Shown here in pieces: positions 51,123-64,000 of a stretch of DNA of 64,000 nucleotides; positions within the stretch are counted from its first letter, which is position 1; every line of letters starts with the position of its first letter. Source of the DNA: Nymphaea colorata (taxonomy: Eukaryota); NCBI RefSeq assembly GCF_008831285.2, contig NC_045138.2, forward strand, positions 38,192,001-38,256,000, in the 5' to 3' direction. The notes below the pieces were generated by a model. The model was not told the origin of the DNA. It saw nothing but the letters and a program-made list of their open reading frames with translations, and ran no database searches. The position numbers and the translations under genes were made by a program.

Positions 51123-54100
51123 TCACTGGTTAATACGAAGTGCATCGATATTCCGCTTGCCATCTGGGCCTTTTCCATACCATGCAGAAACATAATCACC
51201 ATACAAGACATCTCGATACCGGATAGGGGAGCTCTCAGATACAAGCATTGGTGCAGCAGATATTCTCTTCTGCTTCGAGGGATCATAAAAGGTTGCAACA
51301 GAAAGTCGTGCTTGTCTTGAATTAACAATAGCCCGATGAACGGCACTCTTGTATACTCCATTGGTCATGACCTGGAAATATAGAGAAGAGTGGAAGAAAG
51401 TGAAATTTTACCAAATAAAAAACAAAATCAATCCAAGAATGAATACAAATATGGCCAATCTATCAAAAGGAGGGATTCGATTTAGAGTCAGAACTAAGGT
51501 TATTTGGGTCATTAGAATCTTTTCTAGAGTGCAATCCGAAGGTTTATGTTCCCTTCTCATTTACAGCATAAAGCATCTCGGGATATGATTTATAATGCCA
51601 TAAGTGATCCAGGAAGGTAGATAGAGCCGTCCATTTCTGCGGATAGTTAATAGGCCAGTGTAGCATTGGCACTTCACTATCAATTTCATACATAGATGAC
51701 TTTGAGGGATGAAGGTCAAATCTTGAATGAGGAACAGTACGAGTGAGAAAAGAGGACGATGTAGAAGCTATACAAAATTTTAGAAGCCAACCTAACAGGA
51801 TGTGCCATGGGACTCGAGGACATCAAGGGCCACTAAAACCATTCACAAAGTATCCAAATATACTACACGGAGGCTCAATTTTAAGGAACCAACTAAAAGA
51901 TCAGACTTCAACAGAATACAACATCAGTTTCTAATCTCAGATTCTAGTGTTTTTCCATTAAGTGAAAAGCATATTCAGAGGGATAATATCAATTTATTAC
52001 CATGCCAAATTGAAGTTGCTTAATGGACCAGTTTAGGCCCATCAAAGTTTTTGACTTTTCTTAATAGAAAAATCTGGACCTTGAAAATGTATGTCTACAA
52101 TAAGGAAAGGGTAGACCTCTTGAAACAAATAGAGAAGAACTTTGAAGGACATTAGAAAGAAAGAAGAAATTGTAAATGTATGCAGTGGAGAAGGTTTTAA
52201 CACCAAAAACGAAGAACACCAGACAGCTATAAAATCCATAGACAAGGAAGAATGAAGAAAGCTCATTTCTGACAATGTCCCATCATTAAATGCAACACTA
52301 AATCCGGTTTAGCCCATCAAGAAGAAACAGCTTTGACAGCCGAAAGGGAGAGACAACCTGGTCCCACAGGCCCTTCCTTCATGTTAGTATCTATAAGTAA
52401 GATGCCTAACTCTGTAAAAATAACAAACCTTCATAACAAACAAATAGCAAGATTAACTTAACCAGATACCAGCAAGCTTTATCAAAATTATAGATACTAA
52501 TAGTAAAATTTACAATAAATTTTACCAATTCACTCATTCAAAGTACTTTCAAAAGCTTGGTTTCATATGAAAGCAAACTACACAATTACGTGAGATTTCA
52601 TCAGCTTTAAGAGGAGATCCTGAAGAAAAAGAACAGCACTCTAGACCCTGTGAATGCTGTTATTGAAGAAAGCATTTCAACTTTGCTCTCATAAATACGA
52701 GAAGGTAAGAGAACGTGATGCATCCTGCATTCAGTGCACCTAGATGATAATACAAGCGCAGGTTCTCACATGTATTCATTTTGCTAAGAACTGCACCTAC
52801 ACCTTGTTATCCAAAGTATGCGAATGGCTGCAAAACTTTTACAGGTCTCTATCCATGAAAAACTGCAGATTGGCCGTCCCATTGTTTATTACTTTAGAAC
52901 TGTAAAGTTTCCATTTCCTGGGATCTGTAGCAACCTAACAATCAGCTAAAACTCCAATATCATCCAAATCTAGAAGCAGGAAACGACGTACATTAGAAAT
53001 TAATAAAATTCCTTGCGGTGGTCATCATATCTTTCCATATGATAATGAATAAATAATGCATTCAAGGAAGATAACACATCAAAAGTACCTCTGTTTGGTC
53101 ACCAAGAATAACAACAATTGCATCAGATGTCGGCTGCACATTGATCCATTCCTCACCCTTTAGAGCTTCAAGCCCTCCAACATCATCCTGTATCAAGAGA
53201 GTCACTGCACCCATATCAGAATGAGCCTGCAAACCAAGAACAAGATCTGGCTGTGGGCAAGGTGGATAGTAGCTGATTGTGATGTTCTGATATGCTTCTC
53301 CAACTGCGTCTTCAATGTACGAGGATGGCAGGCCAAGACTTTCCGACATCAAATGAAGAAGTCTTTGAGCAAGCAACTTCATTTGATCGCTATATTCCAC
53401 AACCACTTTTCTGCAGACATGATTTGCAACACTAAATTACAAGCAAGAATAATGCAAAATTTAACTACTCAATTGTTCGACGCTTCGACAGTAATCAGAG
53501 AACACATAAAGAGTAAAGGCCGAAAAGTCCAACGGCCATGTCAATAAGTAAAACTCAAAATGAGAATAAAAGCAGAAAATTATCCGCCTGTACATGCCAC
53601 GTACAGTAACCAGCAGGCTTATTTTCAAAAGTGACAGACAGTACCAAGGAATTTATTTTACAAGACGGGCAAGAAGCCACCTTTGAGGAAGTATAAAGGA
53701 AACCGCGAAACCTACCTGTAATTGGGTGGGTAGGTCGGCCAGCGATCAGGTTTCCGACGAGATTCCGGCAGCGTATGGTGATCGAAATAGTCCCTCCAAT
53801 CCAGGACCCCGTCGTTCTCGGATGCCAACATACGGCTGCCGTATCCCTCCGATGCCGGAACCTTTGGGTCGCAGGCGAACTTGTTCCGCTCCTCCGTCGG
53901 TAGGCTAAAGAAAGCTGCCCCAACCTGCCTCATCGACACCAACAGCTCCGACGGAACCCCATGGCCTATCACCTGGAACACACCCCAATTACGGCACGCC
54001 TCCCCAATCGCCCAACGCACATCGTCGCCGGAACAGCGAAGGTCGACGAGCGGTACGCCGGAAAAAGTGGGCCGACAACCGGCCAGGGGTCTGTGCTCGG

Positions 54101-54179
54101 GCGGTTGCACATATGATGGTGGCACGTGCGAAACGCCCGACTCCGCTAGAACCTGGACTCTCTGTGCTGCGCTCGCCAT
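51123..54179 (-). CDS. 2-oxoglutarate/Fe(II)-dependent dioxygenase (DOXC class; JOX/ANS-related clade)
   Basis: Exons 54179-53716, 53410-53089, 51371-51123. Motifs ACRNWGVFQVIGHGV, DWRDYF, YYPPCPQPDL.LGL.AHSD (HxD), VHRA (distal His) and RLS (RxS 2OG-binding). Confidence 0.95.
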
Positions 54180-55511
54180 GGGAGAATTCACCTCTCCCTC
54201 AAGCTCTCCCCCATTTCAAGAATATTGTAAACCCGTCAGAATTTGAAGAAAGAACTCGCCAACACACGCTTTATAAACAAAAATTACGAAGTTGTATTTA
54301 AAGATGTTTCGTTTTTATAATGTACATTCCCAAAAGCAAACTTGAGTTCTTTATAATTACTCTTTCTTTTTCACCCCCACAATCACATAAAAAAGGAAAA
54401 ACGATATCACAAAACGCCGGGCCATCCCCAAATTATTATCTGGACGAGGAAAAATGCCGAACTGGCTTGCATGCTGCCATGCGAAGATTGAGTCGTGTGA
54501 AATGCTTGCTGTAAAAGAAGGCTAAGGGCAATGCTAAGACTGAGTCGTGTATGGAAATCTGGACAATCACAGTCTTGGATGTCCTAGCTTCGGTGGAGAC
54601 AGTTATAATCAATCATACGCAAGTTCGTTGCAGGTTAATTGACAGAAGAAGCGTGTTTTTTGTTTTGGGCAGGGGGTTTGGATGTGGATTGTTCGCCGTT
54701 GTTTTTGTTCTTACAGTCTTCGGACTCCAATGTTTGATGCTTAGCGTCGATTCCAATTCCGGTACATAGTGATCTTTTTCCAAAAAGATAGGGAAGCCTA
54801 CCTCTTAACACTTCCTTGTAGGAACTGTCCCCTCCTCTCCCCAGCCAAGTGGAGGTGGAGACTGTTGAGAGGGGAAGAAGACTATGCAGCATGAGAAAAG
54901 CGTAAATTTGTAAATTCATTTTACAAAATGGCTCTTTGCAAAAAGAAGGTTCTCCGAGGTTAAGCCCCTATTTTACCCAGTGTTAATTCATTATTATAGT
55001 TTCTTAGAACTTTGTTCAAGCAATCACTGCAACAATCCATCGGCAATTAAACTGACAGCTATATCATGTAGTTTCTCACTGATCCAACATTTTGATTTTC
55101 AACAAATTTCGGGAATTTTCAACATTTTCATTTTCAATAAATTTTGGGAATCAACAATTAGAAAGTGTCAACATGTTTGAATTATTTTCCTTATATTAGG
55201 CCCTACATTTAGTAGCTACTTTATCCGTATAAACTTATGTTGGAATTTTTGGTGTTTACATTTTGCCGGTTCTGTGTTGAAAAATCATGGTAACCGCATA
55301 CTCCACGCACGACACACACAATTGAATATGAAAGGACTTTAAAATCTGCATGCAGATTAGACTCGAAAAAGAAAATCAATTGGTTGGAGGAACAATAGAT
55401 TTTTCTAATTGACATCCATTAAGTGACTGTTCATGCTTGCCTAGTTGCTTCCCTTCCTGCATACTTCAATTTGAATTGACAGTCGTAATTATATCCGACC
55501 TGTTTACAAAT

Positions 55512-55609
55512 AAAATTCAGGCCGCTCCAAATTCAAACCGAGAAAAACTTCAGAATCTGCCTGGGTACAAGTAAAAATTCAGTCTGCTCCGAAATTCACA
55601 CCGAGAAAA
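55512..55609. repeat. ~36-bp degenerate direct duplication
   Basis: aaaattcag.c.gctcc.aaattca.accgagaaaa at ~55512 and ~55574. Confidence 0.75.
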
Positions 55610-55927
55610 GCTTCCCATTAGTCATTACAGATCATAAAAATGTACCCTTGTGGGAACTTCACATCTAAATTTAACCGACAGCAAACACCTTCCCGGAATT
55701 CTTGATTATTTCAGGGCAAAATTTTATGTAAGCATTACACAACATCAAACAACAGATCAAGCAACCTACAACTTTACATTAAGATTATAGGATGCATGAC
55801 ATCAGATAAAAGGCACCATCAAGTTGGTCACCCGTCAAAACAAAGACAGGAATATGAACATGAACAGACAGGCACATCATATACTCCAACGAAGTATTGG
55901 AAGGGTCTCCTGATATGACCAAAATCC

Positions 55928-58900
55928 TTAATCTCTTAAATCACGGAAGAACTCGGGAGGAATGGTAGCAGGGCAGTGAATGTTGGCCACGCACTTGTAC
56001 TGTGAAGAACAGGAAAGCGAAACTGGTTAACAGGCCCCAAGAGAAATGAAAATCTAGGAAAAGCGGTGCTAAACTTAGGGTGACAATAAAAATGATTAAA
56101 TTTACAGTGGCGGTGCTAACCATACTTGTGGATATTATCAGGAACGCAATCTGTATTTTATGTGTTCGTACAAGTTATTGGTATGATCAATGACGATTTT
56201 CCCAGAAAATTGAAAACAAAAAGTTTCTGTACCTTATGCTGACTGTATTTCTCCCGGATTGCTGGTAAACTGCTACCCTGGCTGTTAGTGCGGAGGCTAT
56301 GCAAGGCTTTCACACAGTTGCATAGCTCGGAGGGCTGATAACGGGTGTAATGTCTCAAATGAGGGGTCTACCCAAAAAGATTTGGAACAATAACAAAATC
56401 AGTCAAAACGGAAGTAATTACATTAAGCAAAACAGAAACTAGGCGATATCAACTCGTTCCACAACTCAAGAGGTCTACAACCTTGATCCTACCGTATGAA
56501 AGACAGAGAGAAAGAGAGCACATACCCAAGGCATCTTTGATGGTGAAAGCATAAACTTAGCCAAGAAAATTGCTGAGGCAGCTATGAGAGAAGGTATATA
56601 ACATAACAAGTTGTACTCGAGCAAAGAAAGCTCTGCAAGATAACTAGAAAGAAACTCAAGCTGCAAAAGAGGAACCTGAAAAAAAAAATTAAAGATGAAA
56701 ACTTGAACTCAAAGATTAAAAAATACATCATGGAAGCAAAACCAGAGGTTAATATACCTCATTGCCGTCTTGCGCTGCACGTACAAACCGCCTGTGGGCA
56801 TAAACGAACATAGTCATTAATGAATTAAGGATGATGTTTGTCGGCTTCCATAGAAGTTAAAGGACAACATGAAAGCAAACCTCAAGAAACATTTTGTTGT
56901 TGGAGTAGTCAGCTCGAAATTCAAATACTTCAGAACATCCGACTCCATTTGCAATACCTGTTATGGACGATTGAGATGAATTAAACAAAATAACGATGAA
57001 ACAGATAGGATGAAAGACGTTGACAACTGTAAGCTGACCTCCTCTCTGAAGTATGTATTGTCTGTGATATAGCAGAACTCCTCCACCTGTGGGGCACATA
57101 TCTCTTCGTACTTGCTATACATTTCGTAACATCTAGGAGTCAGAAACCCATTTGGCTGCAGCAACATGTAATAATTGCAAAAGGAAAATCAGAACAATGT
57201 TTTATCTTACGAGGCAATGAGCATGCTTGCAACACCTAATAACTGCAACCTCTGCCGGTTCATCACATTGACAGACAGATATCTGTCTATGTAGTTAACG
57301 GTCAAGTATAATGTGTCGGGGACAAGTCTATACTCCTCTGCGACCTGCAGGTTAACAAAAGTAAGCATTTCAATTGAGAGAAAGACAAGCAAAAGAAAAA
57401 GCAAAATGTTGGCAATTGTTTGATTCTCACCTCAACAAGCCAATCAACCAAAATTGCGCGCATACTTGCATTGATATCTTTTTGTATTTTCTCCATAAAA
57501 TCAGTGGCCGGCATCTTTTTAGTCTGCCAAAACAAATCGAAATGAATGCAACAGCAGAGAAACTGTATCAAAGAAGCCAACACAAGCCAAGCACCAGTAA
57601 CTGTTTCAAGTAAACGAACCAACTGTTCTACAACTTGAAATGCTCAGAGGGCAGCCAATAGACTTTCCACAATAAATTTACAAGTGATAACTAAGACAAT
57701 CTTACCCACTCCAACACAAGCCAAGCACCAGTAACTGTTTCAAGTAAACGAACCAACTGTTCTACAACTTGAAATGCTCAGAGGGCAGCCGATAGACTTT
57801 CCACAATAAATTTACAAGTGATAACTAAGACACGTACATGCATAGAGAAAACCAGAAGAATTTCAGAACTTCTTGTGCAAACCATAGCAGCTTAACTGCC
57901 CACAGAGGTTTTTCAAAACTTTTACTTTGCAATGAATGTTTCACAACTTCAGCTTCGTCACAGCCGCACCTTTCGAAGACGGGATTTTTCCAGATTGACA
58001 TAGTTGAAATTAGAAAGAGTTAGTAATAATCAAATTTTTTCAGCCAAAGCTTAGAGGCAGGAAGGATGTGCTCTTGTTTGGGTTGGGTAGCCAACTTCAT
58101 GGAAAAAAAAAAAAAGATTTAGCAAAACAGAAAACAATGGATGCATCAACCGTAGATAATCAGAAAAGCTTGAAACGCCTTATTGAAGTCCAAACTTCTT
58201 CAAGTGAATGGTATACCTCAGCAACGCGAAGATGGTCATAGATATCAAACGCATATTCAGCACATAACTGAGGATCTTTATAATCATCATCACAACAAAG
58301 AACCTTTGCTCTTTTCGAATCGGGTGCAAGCGACAGGCTGCTACTCTGCACTAAATTAACTGGAAATGGGGAGAGGATAATGTTTAGAGGTTGAACAAGG
58401 AAACTTACTTCAAGGCCAAGCACTAGATTATGGTTTCCTCACTTTCCTCACTTCAAGACAAAATGAAAGGACAATTTGCTCAGCAAATCAAATTGGACAA
58501 TGACATACCAGTTTGAGCATGTGTTTCATCTGAAATACAAAGATGTTCGCTTGTTCTCCTCTCCAAGGAAGCCACAGATGACAAATCAGCAGTGTCAATG
58601 TACTCAAAATCTGGGCTCTTCATTGATTCGCAAGTAGACATCGACTCATCAAGCGAAACAGAACCTTCATCAGACCTACTTCTCATGGGGGACGTGTCCA
58701 TTCTCCTTGTACCCAGATTTTGATCAAGAACAGATAACTGTACATTCTGTTTGGGGCGCAATGCTTCATCTTGGGGAATCACAACGGTGAGCTTTTGCAC
58801 AGAGGGTGCAGGTAAAGACTTCCGACTTATGCCAGTGACAGGTGCCTGTGTTGCGGCCAAACCCTTTTCTCCTGTAGAAGTAGTTGATCCCACAAGCCCC

Positions 58901-59992
58901 TTCATCACAGGAAGAAAAGGATTACGTTTAATTAAGAAGTAGCAATTATGCAATAGTTTTTCATAAGGTTCACGATCGAGTGTAAAATTGTTGGTGGACG
59001 GCACATAAATGCATTGTAAACGTACAAGCTCAACTCAAGAAGATGCATGACCTACATCTATCATAAAAGTGCATGCCAAGATGATGAATTCCACGTAACT
59101 TTCTCAGCCACTACGAACCAGAATCATTTATATCGGCCAGTAGGCTAATCAGTTCACCTCTAAGACAGATTTAGAAACTCACAGTCCAACCATGGCTCTA
59201 AATTTTGCTATGAATCATGATCAAGATTCGATCATGCTTCTTACATAATTCCGATATAATTCAAGAAAAGGAAGAAAGTAGAACAAATAGAACTGTCACG
59301 ACAAATTAGTAGGAGAGTAAATAGTAAACATATCATCCAAATGTCCAAGAAAGTGCGTTGAGCATTTCAGATATTTTAAAGTTGTACTTAAATAGCAAAA
59401 TTTGAACCAGAGAAAAAGAACGATGAGAGGAATTTTGTGATTAGCCAATCCATAAAGATTAGATATGGTCATTCTAGATGGTGCATGCTCTTCCGTTTCA
59501 TTGTTGGATTGAAACAACACGACTTCAATAAACAAATTAGAATTCCAAATATTCAACCTCTCTATCAAATATTTTATCTATACAGGGGAAAATTAATCGC
59601 ATAGGCTACAAGAAGCAATTCCCCAATAGTGAAGGAAAGTTTGCAAAACTCAAGAACACAAGAACAAAAAGAACCATTCCTTATCAAAGAAGCACCCAAG
59701 AACAGATGCAGACTCTGTCATCCACACCTGTCTTCTGAAGACAACAGAGAAGCAGAACCCATCCACTAAATACCAAACACAACTCAAGCAAGAGAGAAAA
59801 GAGGCAGACGATAAACCGAACCTGATTGGCCTTCCGCCCAGAAACTCTTGGAATCCCGCTTCGATTAGTGAGGTTAGTAAGAGGCGCCCGTTTCTTTGTC
59901 TGCTGCACCGGCGGAATCCCAAGCCGCCTCCCGGCAGCGGAGGTTGACGAGGCCGACGAAAGGGCGACATTCTGTCGTTTCTGTGTCGCCAT
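55928..59992 (-). CDS. CYCA1: A1-type cyclin, 11 coding exons
   Basis: Exons 59992-59822, 58899-58509, 58350-58217, 57523-57431, 57344-57211, 57114-57039, 56957-56881, 56791-56758, 56675-56526, 56367-56233, 55999-55928. D-box [38 protein letters not shown], cyclin box [16 protein letters not shown]. Confidence 0.95.
57577..57832. repeat. 122-bp near-perfect tandem duplication in cyclin intron 3
   Basis: Copies 57577-57698 and 57711-57832; one visible mismatch (aatag/gatag). Confidence 0.95.
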
Positions 59993-60342
59993 CTCCACAA
60001 CAAGCACAGACAGGCTACGCAGCAATACAAGAACAAAAACCGCCAACACCCAAGAATCTGAACCGAGAAGAATCCTCCCCTACACCAAACCAATTCCTAT
60101 CAAGAGAGCCTCAAACAACTCCACCGGAGAGCGATCGCCGGAACAGGCGAGATAGAGAGGTGAACCCCATCCCTAACCCCAGACGGGTTCACGCTCCTCG
60201 CCATCGAGGATTCGAGAGGACAGAATGAAAAAGAGAGTGTGAGTGAGTGAAGAGCGGAGGGCTGTTCTATCATAGGGAAAGAAACGTGGAGGAGGTTACG
60301 GCTAATTTGAAATGGATGGGAGGCGCCAAAAGGGAGTATCGG

Positions 60343-60421
60343 TACCGTTAGATGGCGACAGAGAATCGGCCGCCCCTGGCCGTCCATCGGAGTGGTGGTG
60401 AAGACGCTCGAGGGCCGTTTG
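60343..60421 (-). promoter_or_regulatory. MSA-like (MYB3R) elements upstream of the cyclin
   Basis: Minus-strand TCTAACGGTA (60343-60352) and CAAACGGCC (~60413-60421) match or approach the MSA core AACGG of G2/M genes. Confidence 0.6.
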
Positions 60422-63400
60422 GTTAACGTGGCGGGTGGGCCCGGCTTTTTCAAATTTGAATGTAGGAGAACCGAGACGTTGTGCCTCGGCCCTCTTTTTT
60501 TGGGGGTTTGTGTGACTGCCCTCTCCTCTCCTTGTCTGTGCATTAAATTAAGAGAGAGAGAGAGAGTATATGATCGGGAAATGGAAAGAGAGTTTAAATT
60601 CAAAATTCTTGTAATAGGGATTTGGATTCAAGAAGCCACTTGACTGAACTTTGTTATGCTGAAATCTAGGGTTCTATTACATGTAAGAAATGCTAATCCT
60701 TGGCTTTAAATCTACATTTGAAATTTTGAACATAATTCTATCTACATTTATTACATTGACATGTATCGAATCTAATGTTGCTAATATCAGTTTCTGAATC
60801 AGGCCGCGTTTGCGGATTTGATCTCATTTATTCGAAAATTTGTTGGCACAAGCATATTCAAATTCCACATTGTTCGACATTTAGGTTGTGTTGTTTGAAC
60901 ATCTCCCTTTCGTTTTCTTCTACCAAAAAATGATAAATGTTTCGTATGGCCATTTTCATGTTCTTAAGTTGAATACAACTTATAAGTTTTAGTATATCTG
61001 ACCATTATTTAACCATACTATGTTCATGGTTTTCCCAAACAAAAACTGAAATCAGAAAGACTAGTTCTAAAAGGAGACAGAAGACACACATCCTTCTGAA
61101 CAATGACGGGAAACCAAACACATTGAAATCTGAGCATTTGCAATTCATGCAACACCTTGGAAACCACTCATTCTCTCCAACTGGGCCTTAAGACATTCAA
61201 ACATGAAACAATATAAACCACAGTGGTCAAAAGCAACAACCATTTGAATCCAGCAAGTACCCCGAAGCACACACTTTAAAGTATTATTGGGAAAATCTTT
61301 ACTCAGAAACAATGTCAGATTTAGGGTCAGTGGACTCAGAAAAAGAGGTGAGTGGTGGAGTTTCTCTCGGAAAAAAAGGTCTCAACTGCAGGGCATCTGA
61401 TAAACATTGTTAGGGTTTCCCACGAAGCGTGAACTCTCCTACCAACGAAAGTTATATCGTTTCTTCTAAACAGTAAGGTGTATCAGCCGATACATACTAC
61501 TTGAATATGCCGATTCGACTATATCCATGTTTGTATGCAGTGGGGTAGGTACATGGTGGCGGGTGTGGGCAAACTGCCCACACCAATCTCTTGAAAGTTC
61601 TTTATTTTTAAATAGAAATCTTAAATATTTATATATATATAAGTGTTCCATCAAATTTAAGAATTTTTAAACAAGTAGTCCTCCAAGGAATTTTTCTGGC
61701 TGCGTTAGTGTTAGTATGTACATGTACAGCATTTTTAATCTGGAAAGTTAAAATTAACTTTACATCATGTTGTCAAAGTCACCCAATGGATGGCACGGCA
61801 CTATTATGGTCAAGCAATATCATCTGAGAAAGAAACAAAAGCTCCTGACCTTTGTCCCATGGGAGAACAGTAAGAGCATGCAGGACAAACTTTTCCAGCA
61901 CAACCAAACACAATTTCTGGCATTCAGACACTTCGTCGGAGTAGCAAGGAACAAGGACGCTCCACTGGTCGATTTGTTCCTGTTACGTTGGCAGAGTTGC
62001 TGAGGCTTAGTTGGTAGTCTGCTGTACGGTACAAGTCTTAGCCTGGCCGAAATAGTGAGGACAAATTGGTACCAGGGGTCCTCCCTGACCGCCAGTGCTG
62101 AGACGAGGACGGACTTGTGCCGGATCAGGGGCATCTTTTGTACCAAATTGAACAGATTTGGTTTTCATTGTGAATTATATCTGATCAACTTCAAGGTAAG
62201 ACCAACATAACTTATTTTCATATTCAGATATTTCATTGTGAATGATTCGAACGTGGAAAAAAACTGCCCTCCCTCCCTCTTTCTAAGTACCATCAAATCC
62301 TTGGATTCTTTTCGCATTTCTGTAATGAAATGTCGATCAAGTTCAGAAATTCTAGTTCGGTTCAGCAAACAGTGGACTGTGGTGAAATTGTCCTTCTCAA
62401 AGGAAAACTTGGACAGATTTCGAAGGTTAAAAACTGGCCAATTCAAGGACTTCTAGGCAAAGTCTTCTCTGTGAACAGTTTTCTACTGTCGGTGAAACTT
62501 TCAGTATCCTCAGTTGGAGCACGTCAAAATATGCCACGCTTTAGACGCCTATATCGAAGACGGCGGTCATCAAACTTTGGATTGAACTTGATGGGAGGTA
62601 GGGACCAGAATTAGGCATGAACTTTCGAGATATGCGGGAATTGCACGACTCCCATCTTCCTCACCTAACCTTCAAATTGTTTTCATTGCCAACTGTTGAG
62701 ACTTCAAGAACGGCGACTGGGCGTGAAAACGAGATGCCATCTAAAACCTGAACATCCGAGCATAGAACAGACTTTCCAAGTCTGAGATGGCCGTCTGCCG
62801 CAGTCTAAACTGACCGCCATCAATCTTCTCCTTGAAGAAGATCACAATCACCATTTCCTTTTTCACTCGCCATTAACCATTAAAACCGTAAACCTAACCT
62901 CAGAAAACCGAATAGGCTATTAGGGGGTTGTCTTATTACCCTTCTTCTACATCCACACACCAAAATCGGGCCCTCATCCCACGATCTTAGATAAAATGAT
63001 TTTCAACGCAAAAGGTAAAATAAAGATCGACACCGTGTCGTCAAACTCCTTAATCTGATGAGCAATAGATCTTAAAACTCGTGAATCTAAACACCAGACA
63101 ATGAAACAGCCCCCTCGACTATATTGAAATGCGAGTTTCTCGTAAAAGCTTCCAAGAGGAACAACACTTACCGACATTTCATTTCTCAGGATAAGCTATG
63201 TAAACAGAATTATATGGTTATTTAGTAAAGCGGAATTACACTACTACCTGGTTGTGCCATTTCAACTTTATCAACGCAATAGACGACAACCGACTTGGAT
63301 AAACACCGACCTTTTAAAGCAAGGGAACAAAGACCTCACCTCCCTCATACACGTGTCTCATATTCGTCCATGCCTGAAGGGAAGGATATGAACCCTCACT

Positions 63401-64000
63401 AAATGTTAGAGGACCCCACTTTGTTTCCTGCCGACAGGAGACCTTGCGTATTCCATCTCGCCGTCTGTGCAGTTGGCAGGAAAAGCAAGCGAGGGAAACA
63501 ACAAATGACCGTGACCGAACCAACAAGAAAACGTAAGAGGATGGTGGAAGACGACGGCACACCCACCACCAAAGACCTTTATAACAATGATAATGAACAA
63601 ATAAACTTGGCGAAGAAGAGAGGCTAAAATCAATAATTGGAACTCACCCTTCTCCCTCTGGGGCCCAATATCAGAAACTTGTCGCCAAAGGAGAATGGTG
63701 TGCACCAATTTTTTATTTTCATCATTATGATTCTGCCATTTTTCAGCTGTGCCTTTTTTTCCTCCATCCTTACAAACACCTTTTCCCGTGCAAAAAAGGC
63801 CGCCAACCGACTGGAAGAAGCCTCTTCTTCTTCCTACCCCCAAGAAACAACCCAACAGCACAAGATAATTCCCAAAACCAAAAAACCCCCCCTTGTGCTA
63901 AATCCTAAGACAAAACATCACTCGTTTCACGCACCCACCCACCCCTCCCACACGTTAATAGAAGCTAAATCCTTAACTCCTACCCACCAGAATAACAGAA

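Noticed and set aside
13108..54179. ICDH + 2OG-dioxygenase + PAP2-like gene as a metabolic gene cluster
   Set aside because: Although ICDH makes 2-oxoglutarate, the genes are separated by unrelated loci and no scaffold-forming enzyme is present
1..64000. tRNA/rRNA/miRNA genes
   Set aside because: No cloverleaf, rRNA or convincing hairpin recognised by eye; tRNAscan-SE/Infernal would be needed to exclude them

Overview
Eukaryotic, intron-rich plant (angiosperm) genomic DNA. All nine protein-coding genes I can support lie on the minus strand: a WAC/DDT-type chromatin-remodelling subunit (runs off the left edge), an intronless PLS-DYW PPR protein, a small LEA-like hydrophilin, a DUF212/divergent-PAP2 protein, a 15-exon NADP-isocitrate dehydrogenase, a DUF1639 gene, TAF11, a 2OG-Fe(II) dioxygenase and an A1-type cyclin. 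Between and inside them are decayed Ty3/gypsy, Ty1/copia and LINE remnants, MITE-like ends, microsatellites and many short tandem duplications. Most notable: (1) the DUF1639 gene carries a diverged copy of its internal core exon upstream of its usual N-terminal exon (order A'-B-A-C-D), with splice phases and acceptor context preserved; (2) TAF11 has GTG where homologues have the start Met, and an upstream exon offers a replacement ATG overlapped by a Met-Lys-stop uORF (ATGAAGTAATG); (3) the ICDH ends in the PTS1 tripeptide AKL, has a candidate alternative last exon, and contains a duplicated exon/intron junction. Exon boundaries were read by eye from GT/GC-AG sites and frame continuity. Family calls are from recalled motifs; no database search was run.
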